A model generated the notes under the pieces. The model made no database searches. It had not been told where the DNA came from and worked only from the letters and a program-made list of their open reading frames with translations. From positions 44,410 to 108,409 of the forward strand of contig JAKLFA010000005.1 of NCBI GenBank assembly GCA_022711395.1: a DNA stretch of 64,000 nt. The letters run 5' to 3'. The stretch is from Candidatus Omnitrophota bacterium (lineage in GTDB: Bacteria > Omnitrophota > Gorgyraeia > Zapsychrales > JANLHA01). Shown piece by piece: positions 55,745-62,928 of the stretch (positions are counted from its first letter, which is position 1; each line of letters opens with the position of its first letter). The position numbers were made by a program, and so were the translations under genes.

Positions 55745-55869
55745 CGGACTGGTGTTTTCATAAAATAAGTTCAGACCAAATAAAAACCGTATAAATTTTG
55801 GATTTTATGTATAATAAACAAGCCTAAAGTGGTTTTATCGGAAAATATTTAGAAGAATGAGAGGAAAAA
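55745..55869 (+). promoter_or_regulatory. AT-rich intergenic region with a -10-like TATAAT (55810-55815; TG immediately 5', extended-10-like) and Shine-Dalgarno GAGAGGA (55857-55863) ahead of the HMGL-like gene
   Basis: The region is far more AT-rich than the flanking coding DNA. No convincing -35 at 17-bp spacing (TTGGAT sits 6 bp upstream), so the promoter call is tentative. Confidence 0.35.
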
Positions 55870-56820
55870 ATGTACAGACCAGAAATTCGGGTGTTCGACT
55901 GCACGATCCGCGATGGCGGGCTCATGAACAACCATTTATTCGACCACAGTTTTGTGCGGGATGTTTATAAAGGATTATCAGAAGCCGGGGTGGATTATAT
56001 CGAGCTTGGGTATAAGAACTCCAAGGAGCTGTTTTCACCGAGTGAATACGGCGCGTGGAAATTCTGCGAGGATGAGGAGATCCGCAAAGTGACCGAAGGG
56101 ATCAAATCGAGCGCCAAGATTTCGGTGATGGTCGATATCGGACGGGTGAACATGGCGGATATCAAACCGGCGTCAGAGAGCCCTGTTCATATGGTCCGCG
56201 TGGCCAGTTATGTGAAAGATATTGATAAAGGGATCGCCATGGCCAATGAATTTCATGACAAGGGTTACGAAACGACGATCAACATTATGGCTATTTCCAA
56301 AGACCGGGGCCCGGATTTGCAGGATGCCCTTCGTCAGATCGAGAAGGAGAGCATGGCCGATGTTGTTTACATCGTGGACAGCTTCGGGTATTTTTATCAG
56401 GAAGATATCGAGTATTTGACCAAGCTTTATAAGGGGATTTTGAAGACGCGCGAGATCGGTTTTCACGGGCACAATAATCAGCAACTGGCCTTCGGCAACA
56501 CGATCGAGGCGATCATCCATGGGGCGAATTTTTTGGACGCGACCATTTACGGGATCGGCCGGGCAGCCGGTAATTGCCCGATGGAACTGCTTTTGGGATT
56601 TTTGAAGAACCCGAAATTTGATATCCGCCCTGTGCTGGACCTGATCTCCAGGGATTTTGTTCCGCTCAGGGAGAAGATCGAGTGGGGATATGTGATCCCT
56701 TACGCGATCGCCGGGATGCTCAACGAACATCCCCGCTCGGCGTTGGCGTTGCGCAAGACGGAGAAAAAAGAGAATTATAGAGATTTTTATGAAAGCCTGA
56801 CGAATACGGGGCTGGATTAA
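55870..56820 (+). CDS. DRE-TIM metallolyase / HMGL-like (pyruvate carboxyltransferase domain) aldolase-family protein
   Basis: 316-aa ORF. The N-terminus 'RVFDCTIRDGG' is typical of HMGL-like/LeuA-like TIM-barrel enzymes (compare 'TLRDGEQ'). Shine-Dalgarno GAGAGGA at 55857-55863. The exact family is not resolved. Confidence 0.6.
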   Translation: MYRPEIRVFDCTIRDGGLMNNHLFDHSFVRDVYKGLSEAGVDYIELGYKNSKELFSPSEYGAWKFCEDEEIRKVTEGIKSSAKISVMVDIGRVNMADIKPASESPVHMVRVASYVKDIDKGIAMANEFHDKGYETTINIMAISKDRGPDLQDALRQIEKESMADVVYIVDSFGYFYQEDIEYLTKLYKGILKTREIGFHGHNNQQLAFGNTIEAIIHGANFLDATIYGIGRAAGNCPMELLLGFLKNPKFDIRPVLDLISRDFVPLREKIEWGYVIPYAIAGMLNEHPRSALALRKTEKKENYRDFYESLTNTGLD

Positions 56821-56887
56821 ACAAGACACCAGGACACTAAGGCACTAGACACTAAGGGTTTCAGTGTCGTAGTGTCTTAGTGTCATA
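56821..56887. repeat. intergenic GACAC/CACTAG inverted-repeat element (GGACACTAAGGCACTAGACACTAAGG ... GTGTCTTAGTGTC)
   Basis: 'gacactaag' at about 56834-56842 and about 56849-56857 pairs with 'cttagtgtc' at about 56874-56882; a 'gacact/agtgtc' hairpin surrounds 'aagggtttc'. Related units recur at 57535-57580 and 57655-57678. Confidence 0.45.
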
Positions 56888-57526
56888 GTGCCCGAAAGTT
56901 TGATGAATCTTTCCGAATTCAAAAAACTTCCTATTCTTGGCATCCTGCGGGGGATCGAACAGAAACATGTATATCCCTTGACGCGGGCCGTCGTCGCTTC
57001 CGGTTTAAAGTTCATTGAGGTCACGATGAACACGCCTGGGGCTGAGGACATGATCCGCGAAATGATCGCCGTCTCGGCAGGGGATCTTACTGTCGGCGCC
57101 GGCACGGTCTTAGATCTGGAGGATCTCAACAAGGCATTGGCGGCCGGAGCACAGTTCATTGTTTCGCCGGTGCTCGTGGAAGAGGTGGTTGCTTCCTGCA
57201 ACGAGCTCAAGATCCCGGTTTTTCCGGGCGCGCTCACGCCGCAGGAAGTGTTCAGCGCCTGGAACGCGGGCGCCACGATGGTCAAAGTTTTTCCTACCAA
57301 ACAATTGGGCCCGGATTATATCAAGGAACTTAAAGGGCCGTTCGACCAGATCGAGATGATGGCCTGCGGCGGCGTGAACAAAGACACGATCGCTGAATTT
57401 TTTAAATGCGGCGCTTCGGCCGTCGGATTTGGCGGAAGCATCTTCCGCAAAGAGTGGTTTTCCGCCGGCCAGTATGAGCACATCACAACCGCGATCCGAG
57501 AATTGATTGCAGCGGCACAACTTTAA
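56888..57526 (+). CDS. eda: 2-dehydro-3-deoxyphosphogluconate (KDPG) / 4-hydroxy-2-oxoglutarate aldolase
   Basis: 212 aa. 'LPILGILRG...FIEVTMNTPGA...VGAGTVLD...GAQFIVSP...PVFPGALTPQE...VKVFP...MACGGVN' matches the Eda family along its length. An alternative ATG at 56903 (MNLSEF...) is possible. Confidence 0.75.
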   Translation: MPESLMNLSEFKKLPILGILRGIEQKHVYPLTRAVVASGLKFIEVTMNTPGAEDMIREMIAVSAGDLTVGAGTVLDLEDLNKALAAGAQFIVSPVLVEEVVASCNELKIPVFPGALTPQEVFSAWNAGATMVKVFPTKQLGPDYIKELKGPFDQIEMMACGGVNKDTIAEFFKCGASAVGFGGSIFRKEWFSAGQYEHITTAIRELIAAAQL

Positions 57527-57534
57527 AACTTCTG

Positions 57535-57680
57535 ACACTGCGGCACTAGGACACTCAGACACCAAGACACTAGAATCTAAACCCGCAGTGATAAAAATCC
57601 ACAATTTTTTGTTTTGAATTCTGCCGCCAGCGGCAGAATTGGGCTGGTTTGGCCTTTTAGTGCCTAGTGCCTGTCTCGTT
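57535..57680. repeat. second GACAC/CACTAG repeat cluster plus 11-bp perfect palindrome (AATTCTGCCGC CA GCGGCAGAATT, 57617-57640) in the convergent eda / radical-SAM intergenic region
   Basis: 'gacactgcggcactaggacactcagacaccaagacactag' contains direct GACAC units. 'cactgcgg' (57537-45) and 'ccgcagtg' (57584-92) are inverted. The inverse copy 'agtgcctagtgcc' lies at 57657-57669. The palindrome could be a bidirectional terminator hairpin or a protein-binding site; the T-run precedes rather than follows it on the plus strand. Confidence 0.4.
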
Positions 57681-58707
57681 TTAGGAAATGCGGCGAATCT
57701 CCCCACTGATTGTAGCCTATTTTTTCTCCGATGGAATCAATGCGGTTTTCCAAACATCCCCGGCAGAGCAGCGCGTTCTCATCCAGGCAGGGTTTGTTGT
57801 CGTAAAGGCGGTAGCTTTTGCGGTATTTGGTTGGCGTCATGTTGGGCATGATGATGTTGGCGCCTGCCTTGAGGCCCAGTTCACGGCCTTCGGGAGAAAG
57901 GGATTGAAGGGCGGTCGTTGAGGCGATGTTGACGTCTTTCAAGAGAATACGGGTGAGGGCGATCATTTTTAAACCGAGTTCCAGGTTTTTCTTTCCGTCA
58001 AAATCTTTGGCTTCTTGCGCCAGAGGAGTGTCCTCGTGGACGATATAAGGGCCCATGCCGATCATGTCCACAGCCTCTTTTTGAAAGAATAAAATATCGT
58101 CAGCCAGATCCTCGAGTGTCTGAAAAGGAAGGCCGATCATAACGCCTGTTCCGACCTGATAACCTTCCTGGCGCAACATGCTGAGGCATGCGAAGCGTTC
58201 TTGAAAGCTGTGATCGTCAGGATGGATCTTTTGATAAAGAGATTCATTGGATGTTTCGATGCGAAGCAGGTATCGGTGCGCGCCCGCCTTGAACCAGCGC
58301 TGTAATGTTTCTCTGGATTGTTCTCCCAAAGAGAGCGTGATGCCCAGGCGCCCTTCGCTGACACGCTTGATCTTATGAATCGCCTCCTCAATGAATTGAG
58401 CGAACGCTTCATCCTGACGTTCCCCGGATTGAAGGACGATCGAGCCATATTTCATCTGGTCAGCCAGGTAGGCGGTCTGCGCGATTTCATCGATGCTCAT
58501 CTGGTAGCGTTCGACTCGGCTATTGCCTTTGCGGATACCGCAGTAGAGGCAGTTCTTTTGACAGATGTTGCTGAGCTCAATGATCCCGCGGAAATACACG
58601 GTTGTCCCGACATGCTCGCGTTTGATCCTGTAGGCCTCAGCGTAAAGCTCTTCCAGGCGGGAAGGGTCGGTCGTTTCAAGCCATTGGAGAAGGTCGTTCC
58701 TATTCAT
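57664..58707 (-). CDS. radical SAM enzyme of the HydE/BioB/ThiH family, HydE-like
   Basis: Cys triad 'CQKNCLYCGIRKGN' closely resembles HydE 'CxxNCxYCGxR'. The rest reads as a TIM-barrel radical SAM core. The start was chosen at the internal ATG (MNRNDLLQW...) at 58707, immediately after the mnmA stop at 58700; the longer ORF reaching 58824 would overlap mnmA. Confidence 0.6.
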   Translation of the reverse strand: MNRNDLLQWLETTDPSRLEELYAEAYRIKREHVGTTVYFRGIIELSNICQKNCLYCGIRKGNSRVERYQMSIDEIAQTAYLADQMKYGSIVLQSGERQDEAFAQFIEEAIHKIKRVSEGRLGITLSLGEQSRETLQRWFKAGAHRYLLRIETSNESLYQKIHPDDHSFQERFACLSMLRQEGYQVGTGVMIGLPFQTLEDLADDILFFQKEAVDMIGMGPYIVHEDTPLAQEAKDFDGKKNLELGLKMIALTRILLKDVNIASTTALQSLSPEGRELGLKAGANIIMPNMTPTKYRKSYRLYDNKPCLDENALLCRGCLENRIDSIGEKIGYNQWGDSPHFLKRDRH

Positions 58708-59797
58708 TGGCTTCCTGCCTGTTTGAGGTGACAAATAAAATGATTCCGCCGCCCAAAAGCGTTGCGTTCTCATCAAAAAGAACAACGGACTGGCCCGGAG
58801 TGACGGCTTTCTGAGGTTCGTCAAAAATGATCTTGGCCATTTTTTGGGGAAGGACTTCCACCCGGCATGCCAGCATTTTTTTCCCGTAACGGACTTTCGC
58901 GAAAGTTTTCGCCGGCAAATCTTCCGTGAACAGATTCATATTCCCAGCCAGAAGCGTTGTGGATTTAAGAGCGTCTTCATCGCCGATCACGACTTCATGG
59001 GTGTCGGCATTTAAGGAAACGACATACTGGGGTTTCCCGAGCGCCACGCCAAGCCCGCTGCGCTGGCCGATCGTGAAATGGATGATGCCCGGATGTTGTC
59101 CCAGGATTTTTCCCCGCGTGTCGACGATATTTCCCGGTTCGATGGTCTTGATCCATTTTTTCACGAAGTCTGCGTAACCTTCATCGGAGACAAAACAAAT
59201 GTCCTGGCTTTCGGTCTTTTCCGCAACAGGCAGCTCTGCCTTTTTTGCGATCTGGCGCACTTCCTCTTTGGTGTAGTCAGCAAGCGGGAAAAGGATGGAT
59301 CTCAAGTGTTGCCGTTCAATACAATAGAGAAAATAGGATTGGTCTTTTTGCGTGTCTTTGGCCGGGGTCAAAAAAAGCTGCCCGTTGATGTCAGCAATTT
59401 TGGCGTAATGGCCGGTGGCCAGAAAATCATATCCGTTATCTTTAGCGTATTTCAAAAGTTTTCCGAACTTTAAAAAGCGGTTGCATTCGACACATGGATT
59501 CGGAGTGTGCCCTTTGGCATATTGCCGGACAAAATCCATTACGACATGCTCCTGCATGTCCTTGGAAAGATCCAGGACGTAGAATGGGATCTTTAAATGC
59601 CCGCAGACGGCCTTGGCATCGGAGATCGCCTCGCGTCCGCAGCAGCGTGTTTTGGGGTCATCAGGTCCGCTGTCCGGAAGCCCCAGGCACATGGTGATGC
59701 CTTCCACCGCGTAGCCTTGCTCCTTGAGAAGGAATGCCGCTGTTGAAGAATCCACTCCGCCGCTCATGGCGACTAAGACGCGTTGTTTTTGATCCAT
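58700..59797 (-). CDS. mnmA: tRNA-specific 2-thiouridylase (tRNA 2-thiouridine(34) synthase)
   Basis: 365 aa. N-terminal PP-loop 'VLVAMSGGVDSS', catalytic Cys region and overall collinearity with MnmA. Confidence 0.85.
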   Translation of the reverse strand: MDQKQRVLVAMSGGVDSSTAAFLLKEQGYAVEGITMCLGLPDSGPDDPKTRCCGREAISDAKAVCGHLKIPFYVLDLSKDMQEHVVMDFVRQYAKGHTPNPCVECNRFLKFGKLLKYAKDNGYDFLATGHYAKIADINGQLFLTPAKDTQKDQSYFLYCIERQHLRSILFPLADYTKEEVRQIAKKAELPVAEKTESQDICFVSDEGYADFVKKWIKTIEPGNIVDTRGKILGQHPGIIHFTIGQRSGLGVALGKPQYVVSLNADTHEVVIGDEDALKSTTLLAGNMNLFTEDLPAKTFAKVRYGKKMLACRVEVLPQKMAKIIFDEPQKAVTPGQSVVLFDENATLLGGGIILFVTSNRQEANE

Positions 59798-59873
59798 ATG
59801 GTTTTCTTTGTTTTCTACGGGGCCGCCCGTGGGCGTTCATTATATCGAGTTTAGAATGAAATGGCAAATTAAA

Positions 59874-59902
59874 GAGCAGGGGCGTTATGCCCTGTCCTTG
59901 AG
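59874..59902 (-). terminator. weak hairpin (CAGGGGC gttat GCCCTG) downstream of the outer-membrane protein gene
   Basis: Imperfect 6-bp GC stem. On the minus strand it is followed by 'ctctttaattt'. Weak candidate. Confidence 0.2.
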
Positions 59903-59935
59903 AGGCCTGGAAGAAGAACTTTCGGAAGAAAGATA

Positions 59936-60673
59936 TTAACTGCCGAACGCGAAGGTGAGACCGGTCAGGATCGTGAAGTCCGGAGCAGATTCCGAAATGC
60001 CGATTTTTAGTCCGGCATCATAAGTGAGACTGCCGTTGATCGCATAATTGAATCCGATCAGCCCGGAAGAGGTGCTGTTATCGAATTTTCCGGACAGGAT
60101 CGTGTCGCCGGCGATTTCTCCCAGGACATTGAGGCGCTCATTCACAGCATATTCCATGGCGAAGCCGTAGTTCAAGGTATCTTCAAGCTCGTGTTTGGCG
60201 GAACAGCCCATATTTACATGATACGTGAATCGTTCAAATGTTTTTGAGAATATACTGGTGAGCGTGTATTCCGGTCGTCCGGTGCCCAGAGATTTTTCAT
60301 CGTTACCGGATTCTGTCTTATAAGAGAAAGACAGGCTAAAATCAGGCAATGTGTCGTGTTCGCGCGAAACGCTCCATTTGGTCGTGAAGATCAGGTCCGA
60401 AAATCCATCCGGATCGCCTCCGTCTTCCAGCTCAATGAATTGGTAGGGAATCTCGACCCCGAAGTCCAGATTTTTTAGAAGGCCGGTCGTGAGGACAACG
60501 CCGTGATTGTTCTCCCGGTCTGAAGCGTGGACATATTCATAACCGTATTCGGTTTCAAGCGCCCCGACAGCTACAACGCCGGCGTCATTGGTCGCCAAAG
60601 GTCGAGCGGCCCATGTGTTTGAAGTAAAGAAAATGAAAAAAGCCCATCCTGTGGCGTATAGAATCTTTTTCAT
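59936..60673 (-). CDS. putative outer-membrane beta-barrel protein with Sec signal peptide
   Basis: N-terminus 'MKKILYATGWAFFIFFTSNTWAARP' is a signal peptide. The body shows alternating hydrophobic/polar strands rich in Gly and aromatics. 245 aa. Confidence 0.5.
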   Translation of the reverse strand: MKKILYATGWAFFIFFTSNTWAARPLATNDAGVVAVGALETEYGYEYVHASDRENNHGVVLTTGLLKNLDFGVEIPYQFIELEDGGDPDGFSDLIFTTKWSVSREHDTLPDFSLSFSYKTESGNDEKSLGTGRPEYTLTSIFSKTFERFTYHVNMGCSAKHELEDTLNYGFAMEYAVNERLNVLGEIAGDTILSGKFDNSTSSGLIGFNYAINGSLTYDAGLKIGISESAPDFTILTGLTFAFGS

Positions 60674-60795
60674 AACAGATCCTTTCGGTAAAAACGGGTC
60701 TGATTTTCTGACATGCCATTAAAATTTTAATTAAAATCACCGCGGAGTCAATTGGTTTTTCACGGGTGTGGAAGCAGCGGGACTATCTTTCGTGC

Positions 60796-61125
60796 CTACG
60801 ACCGCGAAGGCCTGCTGAACAGGATGTTTAGGAGGAAAGAGAGGGCGAAGGATGTCCCGAATCCCCACAACAGGCTGTTGGCGAAAAAGAGGGGCCATTC
60901 CATAAAGGGCATGGTTTCGTTCACCCATCGTGTCCAGATGAGACGGCCAGGAAGCGAAAGGGTGCCGGCAAAAAAGCTGAACGGCTCGATCGAGGTCGGA
61001 AAGGGCATGGCGCTGTCAAAGTGGCTCATGGAAATACCGAAGGACGTCACGATGCAGTAGAGCGCCATTCCGGCGTGGATGAAGGAAAAGAAAAATCCCC
61101 AGATGAGAAGGGTTGTTTGCTTCAC
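60796..61125 (-). CDS. small hydrophobic membrane protein (hypothetical)
   Basis: 109 aa with 3-4 predicted TM segments (MKQTTLLIWGFFFSFIHAGMALYCIVTSF...). Co-directional with mutL and immediately upstream of it. Confidence 0.4.
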   Translation of the reverse strand: MKQTTLLIWGFFFSFIHAGMALYCIVTSFGISMSHFDSAMPFPTSIEPFSFFAGTLSLPGRLIWTRWVNETMPFMEWPLFFANSLLWGFGTSFALSFLLNILFSRPSRS

Positions 61126-61126
61126 T

Positions 61127-62926
61127 TCAAGTCCTTAAAAACTGTTTGTCCAAGAAATCCAGCGACATTTCCACCACGGTCGGCCGGCCATGCGGGCAGG
61201 TAAACGGGTCCTTGCAGTTTAAAAGCTGTTCCCGCTGAAATTCCGCCTGCTGCGGCTTTAAAATATCTCCGGCCATGATCGAAGAACGGCAAGCCCGGCG
61301 GGCAATGGTTTCGTGGTCGCAGCGCGCCGGGTTGTCTCCGGCCAGAAGTTCACGCACCGCGCTTTCCGGATCTTTCACCAGGGCCGGATGCGCGTGAATG
61401 GCTATCGTCTCATTATCAAATTGGGACGTGGAGAATCCGATCGTTTCGAGCGTCTCTTGAGCGTCTTGCCAGGCGAGAAGTTCCTGCGGTGAACTCTTTA
61501 AAAGATAAGGGGTTAAAAGACTTTGCACTTCAACACGGCCCTTCTGCATCTGCGTGATGAACTGCTCGAACATGATCCGTTCCTGCGCGGCGTGCTGGTC
61601 AGTCAAAAGAAGGGAAGATGCGGATTCGAATAAAAGGTATTTGTTGAGAAGTGTTCCGATGAAGTGCGCGTTCTCTAATTTTGCTTTAAGCGATTGGTTC
61701 TTGTGCTCAAAGGCGTTGGCCCAGTCGGAGCCGGGCAAGTGTTGAGGGAATGTGTATTGCTCAGTCGCGGGCTGTTCAGCTGAAGAAAAGGGCTGAATAT
61801 CAAAACTCCGGTCGATCACGTTCTCGAGATCTTCCCGGCGGCGCATGGCTTCATCGATCAGCCCGCGGATGTTGGATCCGGCGGAAGAAAAGCTGCTGTT
61901 GTCCAGGGGAAGATCAACGGCCTGTTTCGGTCGGCTTGCCTGCATCAGGGCAGCTTCGCACATTTTTCGCAAAGAAGAACACACCGCTTGCTCATCTTTG
62001 ACCTTGACCTCCCGTTTGGTCGGATGGATATTGACATCCAGGGTGTTGGCCGGCAGCGTCAAAAACGCGCAAAAGAACGGATAATGCCTCGGCGGCAGGA
62101 TCAGGCGGTAGACATCATTGAGATGAAAACTGATATTTTTACTCTGCACGGGGCGGCCGTTGATGAAGAGAAACTGCAGGTCCCGTTTGGAGCGCAGGAT
62201 GTTGATGTCGCTTAAAAAAAGACGCGCCGTCAGGTTTGTGGTCTCAAAGGACCGTTCGGTTTGAATAATGAAATCTTTGTTGAGATTCAGGACGTCGGTG
62301 ATGCGGTTTAGATGGTCATTCGAAGGCGAGAGGTCCAAGAGCGTTTTTCCGGCGTGGACCAGTTTGAACCGCCGGCCGGGATAGAGCAGCGTATAGGGAA
62401 TCACAATATTCAGGATTTGGGAGACCTCGCTGGCGTCGGATCGCAGGAATTTGCGCCGCGCGGGAGTATTAAAGAACAGCTCCTTGACTTCGATCTCGGT
62501 CCCATCCGGCATGGCGGCTGGCTTAAGTTTGAGCTTTTCGCCGCCCCGCAGATGGATCTCCCATCCGTTGTCGGCGTGCTCTGTTTTACTGCGCAGCGTG
62601 ATGTCCGAGACGGCCGCGATGCTGTAAAGCGCCTCTCCTCTGAACCCAAGAGAATGGATATCAAACAGATCATCCGCTGTCTGGATCTTGCTGGTGGAGT
62701 GGCGCTTGAAAACGGTCTCGATGTCACCTTCATCGATGCCGCAGCCGTTGTCTTTGACGCGGATCGAAGTCTTTCCTGCCTGCGTAAGTTCGATCTCGAT
62801 CGTGTCGGCTTGAGCATCGAGCGCGTTCTCTAAAAGTTCTTTGATGACGGAAGACGGGCGGTCCACCACTTCACCGGCGGCGATCTTGCTGATAATATCT
62901 GGAGCTAAAACATGAACTTTGGGCAT
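61127..62926 (-). CDS. mutL: DNA mismatch repair protein MutL
   Basis: 'MPKVHVLAPDIISKIAAGEVVDRPSSVIKELLENALDA...DNGCGI' is the MutL GHKL ATPase N-terminus. ATG at 62926. The ORF track extends to a TTG at 62932 that would overlap the mutS stop. Confidence 0.85.
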   Translation of the reverse strand: MPKVHVLAPDIISKIAAGEVVDRPSSVIKELLENALDAQADTIEIELTQAGKTSIRVKDNGCGIDEGDIETVFKRHSTSKIQTADDLFDIHSLGFRGEALYSIAAVSDITLRSKTEHADNGWEIHLRGGEKLKLKPAAMPDGTEIEVKELFFNTPARRKFLRSDASEVSQILNIVIPYTLLYPGRRFKLVHAGKTLLDLSPSNDHLNRITDVLNLNKDFIIQTERSFETTNLTARLFLSDINILRSKRDLQFLFINGRPVQSKNISFHLNDVYRLILPPRHYPFFCAFLTLPANTLDVNIHPTKREVKVKDEQAVCSSLRKMCEAALMQASRPKQAVDLPLDNSSFSSAGSNIRGLIDEAMRRREDLENVIDRSFDIQPFSSAEQPATEQYTFPQHLPGSDWANAFEHKNQSLKAKLENAHFIGTLLNKYLLFESASSLLLTDQHAAQERIMFEQFITQMQKGRVEVQSLLTPYLLKSSPQELLAWQDAQETLETIGFSTSQFDNETIAIHAHPALVKDPESAVRELLAGDNPARCDHETIARRACRSSIMAGDILKPQQAEFQREQLLNCKDPFTCPHGRPTVVEMSLDFLDKQFLRT

Positions 62927-62928
62927 GA

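Noticed and set aside
53789-54790. 333-aa antisense ORF (and other antisense or out-of-frame ORFs of 60-260 aa throughout 1-55744, e.g. 45524-46312, 44153-44839, 6422-7066, 30331-30933)
   Set aside because: All lie inside the giant sense ORF. They have low-complexity, Arg/Pro/Gly-rich translations typical of GC-rich frame shadows, and no recognisable motifs or ribosome-binding sites. They are treated as non-coding.
560-54877. Punctuation motif as a DNA- or RNA-level element (recombination site, attC-like cassette junction, frameshift or bypass signal)
   Set aside because: Nucleotide sequence at the 45 sites is highly synonymous-variable (Ser in both AGY and TCN codon boxes). Only the peptide is conserved. 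No conserved flanking RNA structure is seen.
560-54877. Punctuation motif as a 2A-like StopGo peptide, intein junction or N-glycosylation sequon
   Set aside because: There is no D(V/I)ExNPGP, so it is not 2A-like. There are no flanking Cys/Ser…HN splicing blocks, and spacers are far too short for inteins. Only the N-A-S and N-S-S variants fit N-x-S/T; the common N-A-A and N-S-A do not.
55745-55869. Canonical sigma70 promoter for the HMGL-like gene
   Set aside because: TATAAT at 55810-55815 is clear but no -35 hexamer at proper spacing was found. Kept only as a low-confidence regulatory feature.
57617-57640. Perfect 11-bp palindrome as a classical rho-independent terminator
   Set aside because: The T-run lies 5' of the hairpin on the plus strand, and an A-run follows it on the minus strand. 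This is not the canonical hairpin-then-U-tract for either convergent gene. It is kept as palindrome or possible binding site.
60752-61060. 102-aa plus-strand ORF overlapping the small membrane protein gene
   Set aside because: Opposite strand of a better-supported hydrophobic ORF in an all-minus-strand gene block. No SD, no motifs.
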